DNA of 64,000 nucleotides from IMG/VR virus record IMGVR_UViG_3300028591_000017, positions 1-64,000 of that record. One strand, written 5' to 3'. Under the pieces are notes generated by a model. The model did not search any database and was not told the origin of the DNA. It saw only the letters and a list, made by a program, of their open reading frames with translations. Positions 39,260-50,187 of the stretch are shown piece by piece (positions within the stretch are counted from its first letter, which is position 1; each line of letters begins with the position of its first letter). Both the position numbers and the translations under genes were made by a program. This DNA is from a virus (taxonomy: Duplodnaviria; Caudoviricetes).

Positions 39260-42172
39260 TTATTTCTTCTTGGATTTACCAATTTTCTTAAACTTGCCTT
39301 TTGTATAGTCCCATGCTTTCTTTACTCCGGCCTTAGCTTTGTCTGCACCCTTCTTAAGCTTAGCTTTAGTCTCATCAGACATCTTATATGTTGGACCATT
39401 GCTACCAGATGCAACTCTAGCGTTATATCCACCAGGACCAGTATTACTGAACGCTCTATTAAGTGCATCCATATACATCTTACGCTCGCCTTCGTTCATA
39501 TATCTAGCAGCTCCAGCAAACTGTGTAAGACCATCTATATATTCCTTACGAGCTTTATAGCTATCAGATTTTCTAGACTGAGCAAGCTTAGCTCTAAGCT
39601 CTGCAGCTTGTGCAGCGTGGTCCTCACGTCTAGCTCTAGACCTCATATTCATCTCATCAACCTTCATTCGATTGGTCATGTTTTGCTTCTCAATCTCAGT
39701 ATTAACTCTATTAGCTTCCTGTATCTGAGCTGCATCATACTTCTGCTTAGCTGCTGCTATATCAGCCTGCTTACCTGCGAATCCTAATGAAGCTGCTATT
39801 GCATTGGCTGCATTACTACCGCCGCCACCTCTAGATGCCGCAGTCTGTACAGCTGCTGCTTGCATCTTTCTAAGGTTTGCGTCATCACTCCATCTATTGT
39901 ATGAACCAGGAGTAACCTTACCCATATCATACTTACGTGGGTTTATCTCCTCTACAGGTTCATTAGCTTTAGCCTGGTGGTATCTAATATATGCACCCTC
40001 TTCATTATCGTATTGATGAGGATCTTCCCATCCGGCATTCATAAGTTGTTCCCATGTTAAATCTTCAGGGTTCTTCTCTTCGTTACCAGGTGTTTTGTCA
40101 TCATCTCCTTCTTTTGATTTACTATTGTCAACTGTAGGTTCTGAAAGACCGGCATCACCTCTTGTAAGTAGTTCTCTGTTTTTTGCTGTATTATCAGCAG
40201 GATCCTCTGCGCCTGGGCTGCCAGCTTTAGCGGCATCAGCGCCTGCAGCTGCTCTCATTTCATCCTCTTCATCTCCGCTTAAATCTTCGGATCCAGGACT
40301 ACCTGCATTTGCTCCATTGCTTCGAGATAATAACATAGTGCCAGCCGCTGGAGAAGATGAGCCAGGAGTATTCATACCATATATTGCCTCATCAACCATA
40401 TCAGTATACAGCTTTTCTGCACCCTCAGCGTTAAAATCAAAATCATCTGGGATTCTCCTCTTATATGCAGGTGTCTGTGTTAAAACGCTTCTACCTTCAA
40501 TATAGAGCGGATACGTTGCATTTTGTTCATGATCAGTTCCTGCGAAGTTGTTCGCCGTATAGAACTTACCCTTTCCTGCTGTATCCCTAAAGTCTTTTAC
40601 ATCTCTATTTATTATAATCTTATTTCCAGGAGAGAAGTCTTTGTATTTACCGGCTCTAAGCATCTCATCGGTAAACCTTAAGTTCTGTGCAATATACCAG
40701 TCTGGAGCACCCTGATTCAGCTCCTCATTTATGATAGCCTTCTGCCTATCTGGTCTACTATCAAAATACCTAGCCATCTCAGAGTCTCCAACAGTATTGT
40801 TAAACTCATCAGAGTATGGTCTAATTGGAGATGTACCCGGAGCTATCGTTCCACCTTGATTCTGAGGTACCGTATCCATTATACTTAGCTTTAAGCCAAG
40901 TGGATTACCTGTTCCTTCGCCCTCAGTTCCACCTACATACTTAGGTAACTTCTTACCTCCGTATTTGAACTTAGTAGCAGACTTAATACCAGCAATCATC
41001 TTCTGATCTTCCTGTGCTGCATACAGCTTATTAAACGCGCCCGTAGAGGCCTTTAAATTGAGTTCTGCGGTCTTTCTATCTATTGGTGAGGCAGATCTAT
41101 CATCCAGTACCTTTCGTGCCTTAGAATTGACTTTTGATAGGTTAGAAGCCATATCAGCAAATGATCTATTACCAACACCTAAGCTATCTGACAATATCCT
41201 TGTACCATTCTCTAATGATACTGGTATCTGATCATCCTTACCCCTCTGTGATGAGTTGTGTCCTACTGCCTTCTGTATCTCACCATCAGGATTCATCATT
41301 ACTTCCTTGTGGTCTACCAATGCATTAGGATTATTTGAATGAGGTTTCTCACCTCCGTATTTAAATTTGAACTTACCTCCGCATTTATAATTCATTCTAT
41401 TGTATTCGTCCATTCCTCTAGTTTTTATACTAGTATCTGCAGATGCGATTGCTTCATCACTCGCCCTTGTTTTATCAAGTATCTGCCTTTTCACTTCAGC
41501 TCTCATGGCATTACCATCTAATGCTCCGGCGCCAACACCAACGATTGTGCCAAGTGCACCACCAATAACACGACCCCATGGGCCGAATTTGGCACCCCAC
41601 TTTTCTCCCGTTGCCGCATATTGTGGTATCGTTTGCATCATTGCTGCGCCTCTATACTGAGCGCCGCTTCCACCGGTTGCTGAGTTGGCAAGTTTATCTG
41701 TGTGGTGTTGGCCAGCTTTAGATAACAATCCAATGCCTGGTGTGTTTTCTATGAACGAAGTCTCACCAGACGCATCACCAGCTGCCTTTACAACTGCTAG
41801 CTCCTTGTTTACATCACTCTGTGCTCCGGCAGCACTAAATCTACCTCTGCCTTCTATATTGGTCGCATATTCATTACCAACCAAACTGGATTTAGGAGCT
41901 GCTACGTCTACTCCTGTTGCGTTTGCAGCATTTGATTGAGCGCTATTCTCTTTGTTGATTGATGATATAGCTCCTGCTGCGGCATTGATTATATTACCCC
42001 ATCCGCCGCCACCGTTACCACCGGATGAGCCAAACGCATTGGAGAATCCCTCCATATTAAAGTTTCCATTCTTCATAAAGCTACCGAAGTTGCCTATGCC
42101 GAACTTGAACTTAGGAAGTAGTGGGTCGTTCACCAACCCACCCTTCTTGTAATTTCTTAGTCTCTTTTTCAT
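39260..42172 (-). CDS. Putative cargo/ejection protein (C1-like)
   Basis: Immediately downstream of the muzzle gene; Gly/Ala-rich with a glycine-zipper membrane segment (GPWGRVIGGALGTIVGVGAGAL), repeated aromatic-x-x-GG motifs and a C-terminal Ala/Gln coiled coil. Confidence 0.7.
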   Translation of the reverse strand: MKKRLRNYKKGGLVNDPLLPKFKFGIGNFGSFMKNGNFNMEGFSNAFGSSGGNGGGGWGNIINAAAGAISSINKENSAQSNAANATGVDVAAPKSSLVGNEYATNIEGRGRFSAAGAQSDVNKELAVVKAAGDASGETSFIENTPGIGLLSKAGQHHTDKLANSATGGSGAQYRGAAMMQTIPQYAATGEKWGAKFGPWGRVIGGALGTIVGVGAGALDGNAMRAEVKRQILDKTRASDEAIASADTSIKTRGMDEYNRMNYKCGGKFKFKYGGEKPHSNNPNALVDHKEVMMNPDGEIQKAVGHNSSQRGKDDQIPVSLENGTRILSDSLGVGNRSFADMASNLSKVNSKARKVLDDRSASPIDRKTAELNLKASTGAFNKLYAAQEDQKMIAGIKSATKFKYGGKKLPKYVGGTEGEGTGNPLGLKLSIMDTVPQNQGGTIAPGTSPIRPYSDEFNNTVGDSEMARYFDSRPDRQKAIINEELNQGAPDWYIAQNLRFTDEMLRAGKYKDFSPGNKIIINRDVKDFRDTAGKGKFYTANNFAGTDHEQNATYPLYIEGRSVLTQTPAYKRRIPDDFDFNAEGAEKLYTDMVDEAIYGMNTPGSSSPAAGTMLLSRSNGANAGSPGSEDLSGDEEDEMRAAAGADAAKAGSPGAEDPADNTAKNRELLTRGDAGLSEPTVDNSKSKEGDDDKTPGNEEKNPEDLTWEQLMNAGWEDPHQYDNEEGAYIRYHQAKANEPVEEINPRKYDMGKVTPGSYNRWSDDANLRKMQAAAVQTAASRGGGGSNAANAIAASLGFAGKQADIAAAKQKYDAAQIQEANRVNTEIEKQNMTNRMKVDEMNMRSRARREDHAAQAAELRAKLAQSRKSDSYKARKEYIDGLTQFAGAARYMNEGERKMYMDALNRAFSNTGPGGYNARVASGSNGPTYKMSDETKAKLKKGADKAKAGVKKAWDYTKGKFKKIGKSKKK

Positions 42173-42174
42173 AT

Positions 42175-45100
42175 TTAGATATAACTACTCCTAAATGTTG
42201 TTATGACAGAAGGTAGCTTAAATTCGCCACCGCCATTATTAAATTCAAAGTTTTCTATAAGGTACTTACCCTTCATTCTGTTAGGGTACATGTATTCAGA
42301 ATCTGACTTAGTTCTAGGTATTGCAAACCTATAATTATCTTCGCGCCTACCTATGAACTCAACATTATTAGATACCATAGAAGGTGTCTCAAAATTTATA
42401 GTTGTAAAGTTTAATCCAGGTTCTCTAAACTCAGCTGAGTATTCAACATTGTCAAATACTTTTGTTACTGTAGGAGACTCATTTGCAACAAACCTAAGCT
42501 TAGATGCATCTATACATGAATCAACATTATGCTTCCTAAGTATAGCTGTCTTATCAAATGAATACAGGTCGTTAAACTGTCTTGTATAGAATGTTGGATT
42601 GTTTGTTACAAACGTAGTTGGAGCTTCAATCAACTCGCTATACACTATTGTGCTAGCTGGCTCCTGTACAGCCTTATCAGCTCTATAATACATATCATCT
42701 CTAGGGATGAATGTCATAAGAATCTCCTTATACTTTGGGTTGTATGTAAATGCGAGTTTTGCATTGAATCCATCATGATATTTGTTCAACCATGATTGGA
42801 ATCCCTTCATCTTAGACAGCTGGCCAACTCCTCCCTTGTATATTAATACCTCATGCTTGTTATGGTCGTACCAGTATATTGCGCTATCGCTAGATGCATA
42901 TACGCCTGATGCGTAATTCTTGATACCATAATTGTCTAACACAGATGAGGCTATGCCATTCTCTATCGTTATATATGTTGGTGTCTTAAGTACATCTCCA
43001 GTTCCAAGGAGGAGGTTTGTATTTGTATCATCCTGAACCAGCTGCTTTTCGTTCACAGATATAGAAGCAAACGCCGAGTCCTGCCAGAAGTATAAGCTAT
43101 TGTTAAATCTATACAATCCGGTTATTGGACCATATCTAGAGTCAACGTCTATCTTATTATCTGCCAAGAAGTCTGTATAGGCATCGTCCGATTCATTTAT
43201 AGTCTTCGTCTTTGAGTATCTTATGCGTGTATCAAATGTACCACTACTTAATTTCTCTATAGATCTAGATACGGTGCCAAGTTGCTCCTGGTCGGTTGGT
43301 GGAACATCTGTTGAAATGAGCCTATGCATACCATTTACAACACCATCTGACAATCCAGATACGCTACCTGAGTTTGGATATTTCCAATTGTAATACGACC
43401 CTGGTCTCCATAGTCGCGTAGACGAATCAAGGCTTCGATACTTTTTATTGTATTGAACTACAGATGTATATATACGGCCAAGCGAATTTATTCCACCAAA
43501 CTCATTTAGCCATGATGGAGTCGTGCCGCCAACCATATACTTTCCAGCTAGTTCGTAGTCTCCACTATATATATGCTTATTTTCTATAGAACCATCAACT
43601 GATTTATCGCCTGAAAATTTCTGTGTAGAGACTCCATTTAGAGCGTTAATTTCAGCTGGCTTATATCCATACAGTAGAGATATATTTATCTGCGTTTCTA
43701 TAGGAATTAAGGCCTGCATTTGCGCACTAATACTTTCCTCTGTAAATACAGAAGCAAGTGGACCACTGTCTGCGCTCTCATAAAACACCTCATCTGCCCT
43801 TTCGCCTCCATTATACGCAGCAAACGCTATTGCAGCACAGTCTTTTCCTCTACTGTCAGCGCCTGGTACTTCTGTGTCTGTATTATTCATTGCCCCAAAC
43901 TTATTCTTAGGATTACTGCCTGCAGCCCTGGTCAGATATGTGCTAGTATAATCATATACACATATATATTCGTCTCCACTGAATATGGTCTGCTCTATAT
44001 ATGCTGGGTAACGCTCTATACTACCACGCTTCTCTGTCATACTCATAGATGTGCGACATAAATCAAACTTGTCAGACTCTAGTGGTATAAGAGCTCCTCC
44101 GGAAGGGGCAAACTGTATAGACGATCTCTTTACTTTATTTAACCCAATCCTGTCGAAAGGAATTTTTACATCAACAACAACCAGTGACGTATAGTTCATG
44201 ACATCGGAGACGGCATTTGATACATTCCTGTCCAACAAGCTTTCTGCATAACAACCAGATATTGTTGGTATCATGTAGTCTTCATATAATGATACGTAAA
44301 CCATATTGCCATGAGATGGACTTGTTCTGCTTCTCCTTATATCTGGGTTTGTTTCGGTGCCGCCACAACAACCAGTTAGGGATATCATATGCTGACCATG
44401 TGGTCTTTTGGTATTAAATGCACTATCAACAGTTGTTGTACCAGCTATTAATGCGTTTATCGTTGGCAATGCTAACCATCCGACTCCTGGCACAGAAGCA
44501 ACTGCAGCCATTATCCATTTTACATCGTTATCGCTCAATAATTCAGTATGGTTAATCTCATACCACAATGTATATGGGGCTATGTACATGTATGTAAATA
44601 TACTAGTATTGTCTGTACTTTTAAGTACACCTTCGTTTGCGTACAATGTTCCAATCCTACTAGTAGCGCTATAATCTATTCTACCCCTATCAGTTCTAAC
44701 AACAGACGCATAATTGTAGTCACGTATCTTTGATTTTATAGAAGACACGCCAGACTCTATTTCACTATCTGACGCCATATATGCGTTATTTGCATATTCG
44801 TAATTCCTACCCCTTAATCTGTGTGTTTGGTAGTAATATCTACCAACTATATTCTGACCGCCAGATAATGTAGCAAGGTGCACTGAATATGCTTCTTGCT
44901 GATCATCCAAGCTACTAACCGATAGACTAGCGAGTGTCTCGAAGATCTTGGTTATCGAAGAATCTGGACCAAGTGACTTCATCAAATTTTTTGTAGATCT
45001 ACCATGTACATACAGCCCATCGCAGCATCCTGTTGATATTCCTCCGGTCGATAAGTACGAAACATTACCGTTACTTGTGGATGGATATGGATCTGAAATA

Positions 45101-48100
45101 GGGAATGCATACCCGGCAGACTTAACTGCTGAATAGTTAAATGGAACTCTAGTTCCTCCATCATAGTCTGGATTTCCATACCAGTCTAATTCGTAGTTTT
45201 CAGCGTCAGTCCCACTATTATCTTCCAATACATCAATAGATGCAAATGGTCTAAATGATGACATATTTGTTTTTATCGGTTGACTATAGCCATACACTTT
45301 ATTGTAGTTGCTGAATAACGCAAGTAAAGGCGTGGATGCCATTGCAGCATTCCTGCCGTACCCGATATGCACTGGACTCATGTCAGCATACATTCTGTTT
45401 ATATCGTTATTTACAGCACTAAACAATGATGTATTGCCAACGATGTATGAATCAGCTAATGATGCACTTAAGGCATTATTTAAATTGCTTTTCATATTGT
45501 TGGTCACATCTATCGCCGAGTTTTCTCCTTCGCTTCTATAGTTACGCATAACGAAATCAAACTCTGGAGATATTATACCGAAATCCTTCCTTGACGCCGG
45601 GAATAAGCTACCGAACGTAGACTTACCATATTTTACGGTACCGTTTTCAACCCTAGCGTTCCTAATGCCAGATGTGTATCTAGAGTACAACTTGGTACTA
45701 CCTGATTCGGCAAACGCCAGTGTAATGTCAGTTTGAGGTGCGCTCGTATCACGTCCATCGCTCTGAACTCGTACTCTATATGGCAGGTTGTTTAGCCTAT
45801 CATTAAACGATTCTATATATTTGTATTTTGCTGCAGAGCTAGACCTTGGCCTCCTTATGTAACTTGGGAAGAAGCACTCTGGGTCACCATATGTAGTTGG
45901 GAACCACGTTGGATTAACGTTAGATACCTTATCGTCGTAGTAGTACGCAGAAGAATTTCCACCCAACTCATTTTTGACGGGATCGGATACTATACCATCC
46001 CATGATAATCCGGCATTAACATTATGGAACAAAGATTGCAACACACCTGTTGCTATTACAGTCTTATTCTCGAATAACTGTCCGTTACCGACTGAAGATC
46101 GCTGCGCCCTTAATATCTCGAATGAATCAAATATCTGGAATGATGCCTTAGCCTTTTCTATGGCTGCCTTCATCACCTCAATATCAAACTTAAACTTAAT
46201 ACCAAGTACGTTTGCGAACACCATAGATCCATCGCCTTCAGTGTCGCCATATCCGCTGCCATTACTTTTGTGTATTGTAAAATATGGTATCACAGACGAT
46301 GATGGCGTTCTTATGTCACCAATCCAGAATGATGCGCATCGCTTACCACCTGACGTTCTAAATGATATTATATATCTATAAACCTCATCTCTCTTGAGGG
46401 ATCTGAACTTTTCTATTATGAATGGATTATTGTAACCACCAGCATTCCTACATCCTGTGTTAAAATCCGGCTCTATGCCAACATTGTACAATTTATTACT
46501 GCCGAACTTAACCATTTTACCGTCTGTGCCAACCGGTATATATTCACCATGTACTGATATACTATCGTTTACATCCCAGTCTCCATCTGTCCTTGGACTA
46601 AATACCCTTGCGTTGTTGTGACTCAGCTGATGGCCGCCAACAACCTCTAATCCGTTTTGATTAAATGTTTCATTATCGGATATAGCAACCTCTTTTGTTA
46701 CAAACTCATACGACACTATAGGACCACAGCCACCAATCCAATACTTACCAGCATTCTCTGGATCACTAAATGGATCAGTGTCGTCATCTCGATGGAAGTT
46801 AAACGTCTTATCGAATCCATAGTTGAAAAACTTACTACGCTTATCTAGTTTATCATACATCTCTACACTAGGTAGATTATCGTATGGAATATAGCAATCA
46901 GACTCAGAGGAAACTGGAGTACCGTCATCCTCTCTCTCTATGTTTATGTAATCAACAGATTCGCCCGCACTACCATTGATAGACCTTTTTTCGATCATCC
47001 TCCAAGACTCATCCCCCTCGCTGTCTCCGCTTCTGAAGCTATTGTCCCTAAGATCAACATATCCGTACCTATTAAATGGATATGACCTAAAGTCTAACGC
47101 TTCAGATTCCCCATTATCAGAAACACCTAATGTAGAGAGGTTCGTCTCTGGTTCTATTACGTTTGCTGCAAAAAGAATATTATCCTTCTGCTCAAGAAAT
47201 CTCGGCATAAAGATTGTACTCAGAGCGGAGTTTGCATCATATATTGCAGTTATATCCGATATCATCTCGACGGCTTCATCACCAAGATTGCTTATTGTTG
47301 CATATGCACCAAGTGAATTACCATTCTCATCGAACTCATAATCATCTATCGCATTTATGAGTTTGATATCATCAACAAACCTTGAGTATTCAACATTACC
47401 ATCACTACCTATCGGCGCTGGTTTGTAGATTCTTATAACTCTAATAGAATCATACTGATCGAGTAACTGCTGAGGTATGAATACCTTTAATCTAATACCA
47501 GTTCCAGACGACTTTGGTTCGCTAGCCTCCTCTTTCTCTGTCTGAGATTCAGCCCACTCTCCCCTGCTAAATCTATTGAGTTGGCTACCTGCATCTTCAT
47601 ACAAAACTATTGGACCAGTAGGAAGTGCAACTCCTGATTGCGCACCACCGGCATTTGTCAATACATACGTATATCTATATACACCAGTAGGCAGGCCGCC
47701 ATTCGTCAATAACCCAGAGAGAAACATTGAATTGTATGGAGACATAGGTACAATAGACGTTGCATCTTTAGAGTCGTTCTTAAGGAAATAACCCTTGTAT
47801 GCATCTATGATGTTCATTGTCTGTATCTGGTTGTGACCATCAGCCCAGTATATCTTAACGTTAGTATCAGACTCATACATCATTGTAGATGATATAGGCT
47901 GATGTATACCATACTCTCCAACCCTTACTAATGTACAGAAGAAATGATCTTTCCATGTTGTTCCGCTAAATCTGTCAAGTGGTATGTATCTGTTGTTGAT
48001 ATCATCATCACTAGGATTATCGCTGGTTTCATTCTCATATACAACATTAGTTGATATTTCATCATATTCACCAGTCTCATCATTCTTACGCAACAATGTC

Positions 48101-48546
48101 TTGTTGCTGTTTCTATACAAATCGCCTAATGCTGTTCTACATGTATCTTCATTGAATACTGGCCTATTCTTTGGATCTTTAGTGAAGTCCAACAGATATA
48201 TTCTATCGATATGCGCATCTGATCCAGTTACCTGCTCTCTGGTGAACACAACAGCATACTGCCTACATGAATCAACATGTATTATACGTTCATCATTCTT
48301 TGATGGTGTATACTTACCATCATCTGTCTTCTTATCTGGATCTACATGGAATATGCGCATATCATATATAGTTTCTACTCCATCGTAGTTACATGCTACT
48401 CCAGTAGAACCATCATCATTCGTAACTATACGAATGTTTTCTGCATATTGGTATGTACTATTCTTTGCAAGTGAAGGATGAACATCCATATTCATACCCT
48501 CACTAAACGTATTTATAGAGTACATACCTTCTTTTAAATTTGGCAT
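42175..48546 (-). CDS. Tail muzzle / stabilization protein (P22 gp10-like crAss family)
   Basis: N-terminal NTFSEGMNMD...YQYAENIRI, SLKRDEVYRY, RIRYSKTK, VDSRYGPI, and C-terminal KVFDNV...RREDNYRFAIPR...RMKGKY; conserved position. Confidence 0.85.
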   Translation of the reverse strand: MPNLKEGMYSINTFSEGMNMDVHPSLAKNSTYQYAENIRIVTNDDGSTGVACNYDGVETIYDMRIFHVDPDKKTDDGKYTPSKNDERIIHVDSCRQYAVVFTREQVTGSDAHIDRIYLLDFTKDPKNRPVFNEDTCRTALGDLYRNSNKTLLRKNDETGEYDEISTNVVYENETSDNPSDDDINNRYIPLDRFSGTTWKDHFFCTLVRVGEYGIHQPISSTMMYESDTNVKIYWADGHNQIQTMNIIDAYKGYFLKNDSKDATSIVPMSPYNSMFLSGLLTNGGLPTGVYRYTYVLTNAGGAQSGVALPTGPIVLYEDAGSQLNRFSRGEWAESQTEKEEASEPKSSGTGIRLKVFIPQQLLDQYDSIRVIRIYKPAPIGSDGNVEYSRFVDDIKLINAIDDYEFDENGNSLGAYATISNLGDEAVEMISDITAIYDANSALSTIFMPRFLEQKDNILFAANVIEPETNLSTLGVSDNGESEALDFRSYPFNRYGYVDLRDNSFRSGDSEGDESWRMIEKRSINGSAGESVDYINIEREDDGTPVSSESDCYIPYDNLPSVEMYDKLDKRSKFFNYGFDKTFNFHRDDDTDPFSDPENAGKYWIGGCGPIVSYEFVTKEVAISDNETFNQNGLEVVGGHQLSHNNARVFSPRTDGDWDVNDSISVHGEYIPVGTDGKMVKFGSNKLYNVGIEPDFNTGCRNAGGYNNPFIIEKFRSLKRDEVYRYIISFRTSGGKRCASFWIGDIRTPSSSVIPYFTIHKSNGSGYGDTEGDGSMVFANVLGIKFKFDIEVMKAAIEKAKASFQIFDSFEILRAQRSSVGNGQLFENKTVIATGVLQSLFHNVNAGLSWDGIVSDPVKNELGGNSSAYYYDDKVSNVNPTWFPTTYGDPECFFPSYIRRPRSSSAAKYKYIESFNDRLNNLPYRVRVQSDGRDTSAPQTDITLAFAESGSTKLYSRYTSGIRNARVENGTVKYGKSTFGSLFPASRKDFGIISPEFDFVMRNYRSEGENSAIDVTNNMKSNLNNALSASLADSYIVGNTSLFSAVNNDINRMYADMSPVHIGYGRNAAMASTPLLALFSNYNKVYGYSQPIKTNMSSFRPFASIDVLEDNSGTDAENYELDWYGNPDYDGGTRVPFNYSAVKSAGYAFPISDPYPSTSNGNVSYLSTGGISTGCCDGLYVHGRSTKNLMKSLGPDSSITKIFETLASLSVSSLDDQQEAYSVHLATLSGGQNIVGRYYYQTHRLRGRNYEYANNAYMASDSEIESGVSSIKSKIRDYNYASVVRTDRGRIDYSATSRIGTLYANEGVLKSTDNTSIFTYMYIAPYTLWYEINHTELLSDNDVKWIMAAVASVPGVGWLALPTINALIAGTTTVDSAFNTKRPHGQHMISLTGCCGGTETNPDIRRSRTSPSHGNMVYVSLYEDYMIPTISGCYAESLLDRNVSNAVSDVMNYTSLVVVDVKIPFDRIGLNKVKRSSIQFAPSGGALIPLESDKFDLCRTSMSMTEKRGSIERYPAYIEQTIFSGDEYICVYDYTSTYLTRAAGSNPKNKFGAMNNTDTEVPGADSRGKDCAAIAFAAYNGGERADEVFYESADSGPLASVFTEESISAQMQALIPIETQINISLLYGYKPAEINALNGVSTQKFSGDKSVDGSIENKHIYSGDYELAGKYMVGGTTPSWLNEFGGINSLGRIYTSVVQYNKKYRSLDSSTRLWRPGSYYNWKYPNSGSVSGLSDGVVNGMHRLISTDVPPTDQEQLGTVSRSIEKLSSGTFDTRIRYSKTKTINESDDAYTDFLADNKIDVDSRYGPITGLYRFNNSLYFWQDSAFASISVNEKQLVQDDTNTNLLLGTGDVLKTPTYITIENGIASSVLDNYGIKNYASGVYASSDSAIYWYDHNKHEVLIYKGGVGQLSKMKGFQSWLNKYHDGFNAKLAFTYNPKYKEILMTFIPRDDMYYRADKAVQEPASTIVYSELIEAPTTFVTNNPTFYTRQFNDLYSFDKTAILRKHNVDSCIDASKLRFVANESPTVTKVFDNVEYSAEFREPGLNFTTINFETPSMVSNNVEFIGRREDNYRFAIPRTKSDSEYMYPNRMKGKYLIENFEFNNGGGEFKLPSVITTFRSSYI

Positions 48547-48548
48547 AA

Positions 48549-49652
48549 TTATAATCCTTTATGTCTGTAATTGTAGTAAGGCCTATTGGTTTGATTGTAG
48601 ATCTCTTGCTCGTCTCCACTATGCGTAAAGAACGTAAGATTCTCTTCAATCTCTGGAACGAGTCTCTGCCAGTTATTCTGCATTGTCTGTAATTCATCTG
48701 TGTCTGGCATCATGCAATCACCATAAGCCTGCTTTCTATATATATGCCAGTTATTCTTTATTTCTGCATATAACTGAGCATTCAATGTACCTCTCAATAC
48801 CTCAGGGAACTTGAGCTTCATAGCCACATACCAATATACAGCTTCTTTGTATGAAGCTATATCTGGTATCATTGGGAAACCTTCCTCATCAACATTAAAT
48901 GCCTGATAAGATATAGTAAGGAACCCATATCTCACATTGGTATTGATAAAGCCCTTATTAAGCGTATATACAGGCTTAAAATTAGTCCTAGCGGATCTAG
49001 CTGTAATAGTATCAGGTGCTATGTTCGTATTAATCATAGACATCAATACTGGCAATACGTGATTAAATCTATGCTTCAGATGAGGCTCATGGTGATGGTC
49101 ATGATGATGTTCGTGGTGTTCATCTTCATCATGCTCATCGTCTTTCCTGTGTACATGTATATCATGCTCATGATAATCGTGATGCACATCACCATCTGCA
49201 AGCCTCATGATTATATCCTTAGCCTCGTTGTCTGATATTGGTCTATGCACAGAATACATACCTCTAACAAGATGTATCAGCTGTTGCATCGCGTCACCTC
49301 TGTATACCAAAGATGGACCATATTCAGTAAACCTATCAATCCAATATCTATCTGCATCCCAGCAGTCAAATGAACCAGTTGCCTTGGTCATTGGCATCAG
49401 GTTCCTCTGAGTACCATCAAACGAATAGGCACACTGGACCAAACTGTGAAGATCGTCTGGTATTCTTACCTTATAGTCCACTATAGGGACAGTTATGACT
49501 TTCTTCACAAATTGGTCGAATGCGCCTATTTTCTCTATGGCTTCAGTTATCCATTCCCTTATATCCGTTATTCTATGCAGTTCCTCCTGTATATCGAGGT
49601 CTGAGTATATTTTAGCTACAACCTCTTTAGCGGATGTAAATTTGTAAACCAT
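48549..49652 (-). CDS. Tail ring/tubular protein (R1-like) with a His-rich insertion
   Basis: MVYKFTSAKEVVAKIYSDL, EWITEAIEKIG and DEEGFPMIPD...EAVYWY; adjacent to the muzzle gene. Confidence 0.8.
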   Translation of the reverse strand: MVYKFTSAKEVVAKIYSDLDIQEELHRITDIREWITEAIEKIGAFDQFVKKVITVPIVDYKVRIPDDLHSLVQCAYSFDGTQRNLMPMTKATGSFDCWDADRYWIDRFTEYGPSLVYRGDAMQQLIHLVRGMYSVHRPISDNEAKDIIMRLADGDVHHDYHEHDIHVHRKDDEHDEDEHHEHHHDHHHEPHLKHRFNHVLPVLMSMINTNIAPDTITARSARTNFKPVYTLNKGFINTNVRYGFLTISYQAFNVDEEGFPMIPDIASYKEAVYWYVAMKLKFPEVLRGTLNAQLYAEIKNNWHIYRKQAYGDCMMPDTDELQTMQNNWQRLVPEIEENLTFFTHSGDEQEIYNQTNRPYYNYRHKGL

Positions 49653-49653
49653 A

Positions 49654-50187
49654 TTATACTGTTTTAAAATTATTGTAGTAACCGTTGTTGATTACCTTTT
49701 GCATCTTTCTTTTGAATTGCTTACTAGCGACAAACATATAATCACCAAACATTCCTCGGTCTCTTATCCATCTGAGAGATATCGCATACCCTCTTGATGC
49801 TACAAATGGGTCATCCATATTTGGCCTAGTTCTAAGTATCTTACGCATCATATTAACAGATGCTTTCTTCTTTATGATCCTCAGACCACCTATGCCATCT
49901 CCAAGGTATACCTGGTTGCCTTCCAGTAGTTCCTTCTCTAATATATTATTATATATATATATTATATTATAATAATCTATATAGTCTATAGATTTATCTA
50001 ATCCTACAGATATACAGTAGTATACATAAGATGCAATTATACTGTGATTATGATATAACTGAGAGTTCTCATATACTGTTTTGTTCCTATAGTCAAATCC
50101 AGCTCTATATACCCTCCTGATTGCTTCCTTTGCAATCTCATAATTCTCACTACTGGTATCAACTATCAAGTCTGCTTCGCTTATCAT
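49654..50187 (-). CDS. Hypothetical protein, possibly IHF/HU-like, between ring genes
   Basis: LLEGNQVYLGDGIGGLRIIKK resembles the HU/IHF core; crAss genomes carry IHF-like genes at this position. ATG 50187 preferred as start. Confidence 0.5.
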   Translation of the reverse strand: MISEADLIVDTSSENYEIAKEAIRRVYRAGFDYRNKTVYENSQLYHNHSIIASYVYYCISVGLDKSIDYIDYYNIIYIYNNILEKELLEGNQVYLGDGIGGLRIIKKKASVNMMRKILRTRPNMDDPFVASRGYAISLRWIRDRGMFGDYMFVASKQFKRKMQKVINNGYYNNFKTV

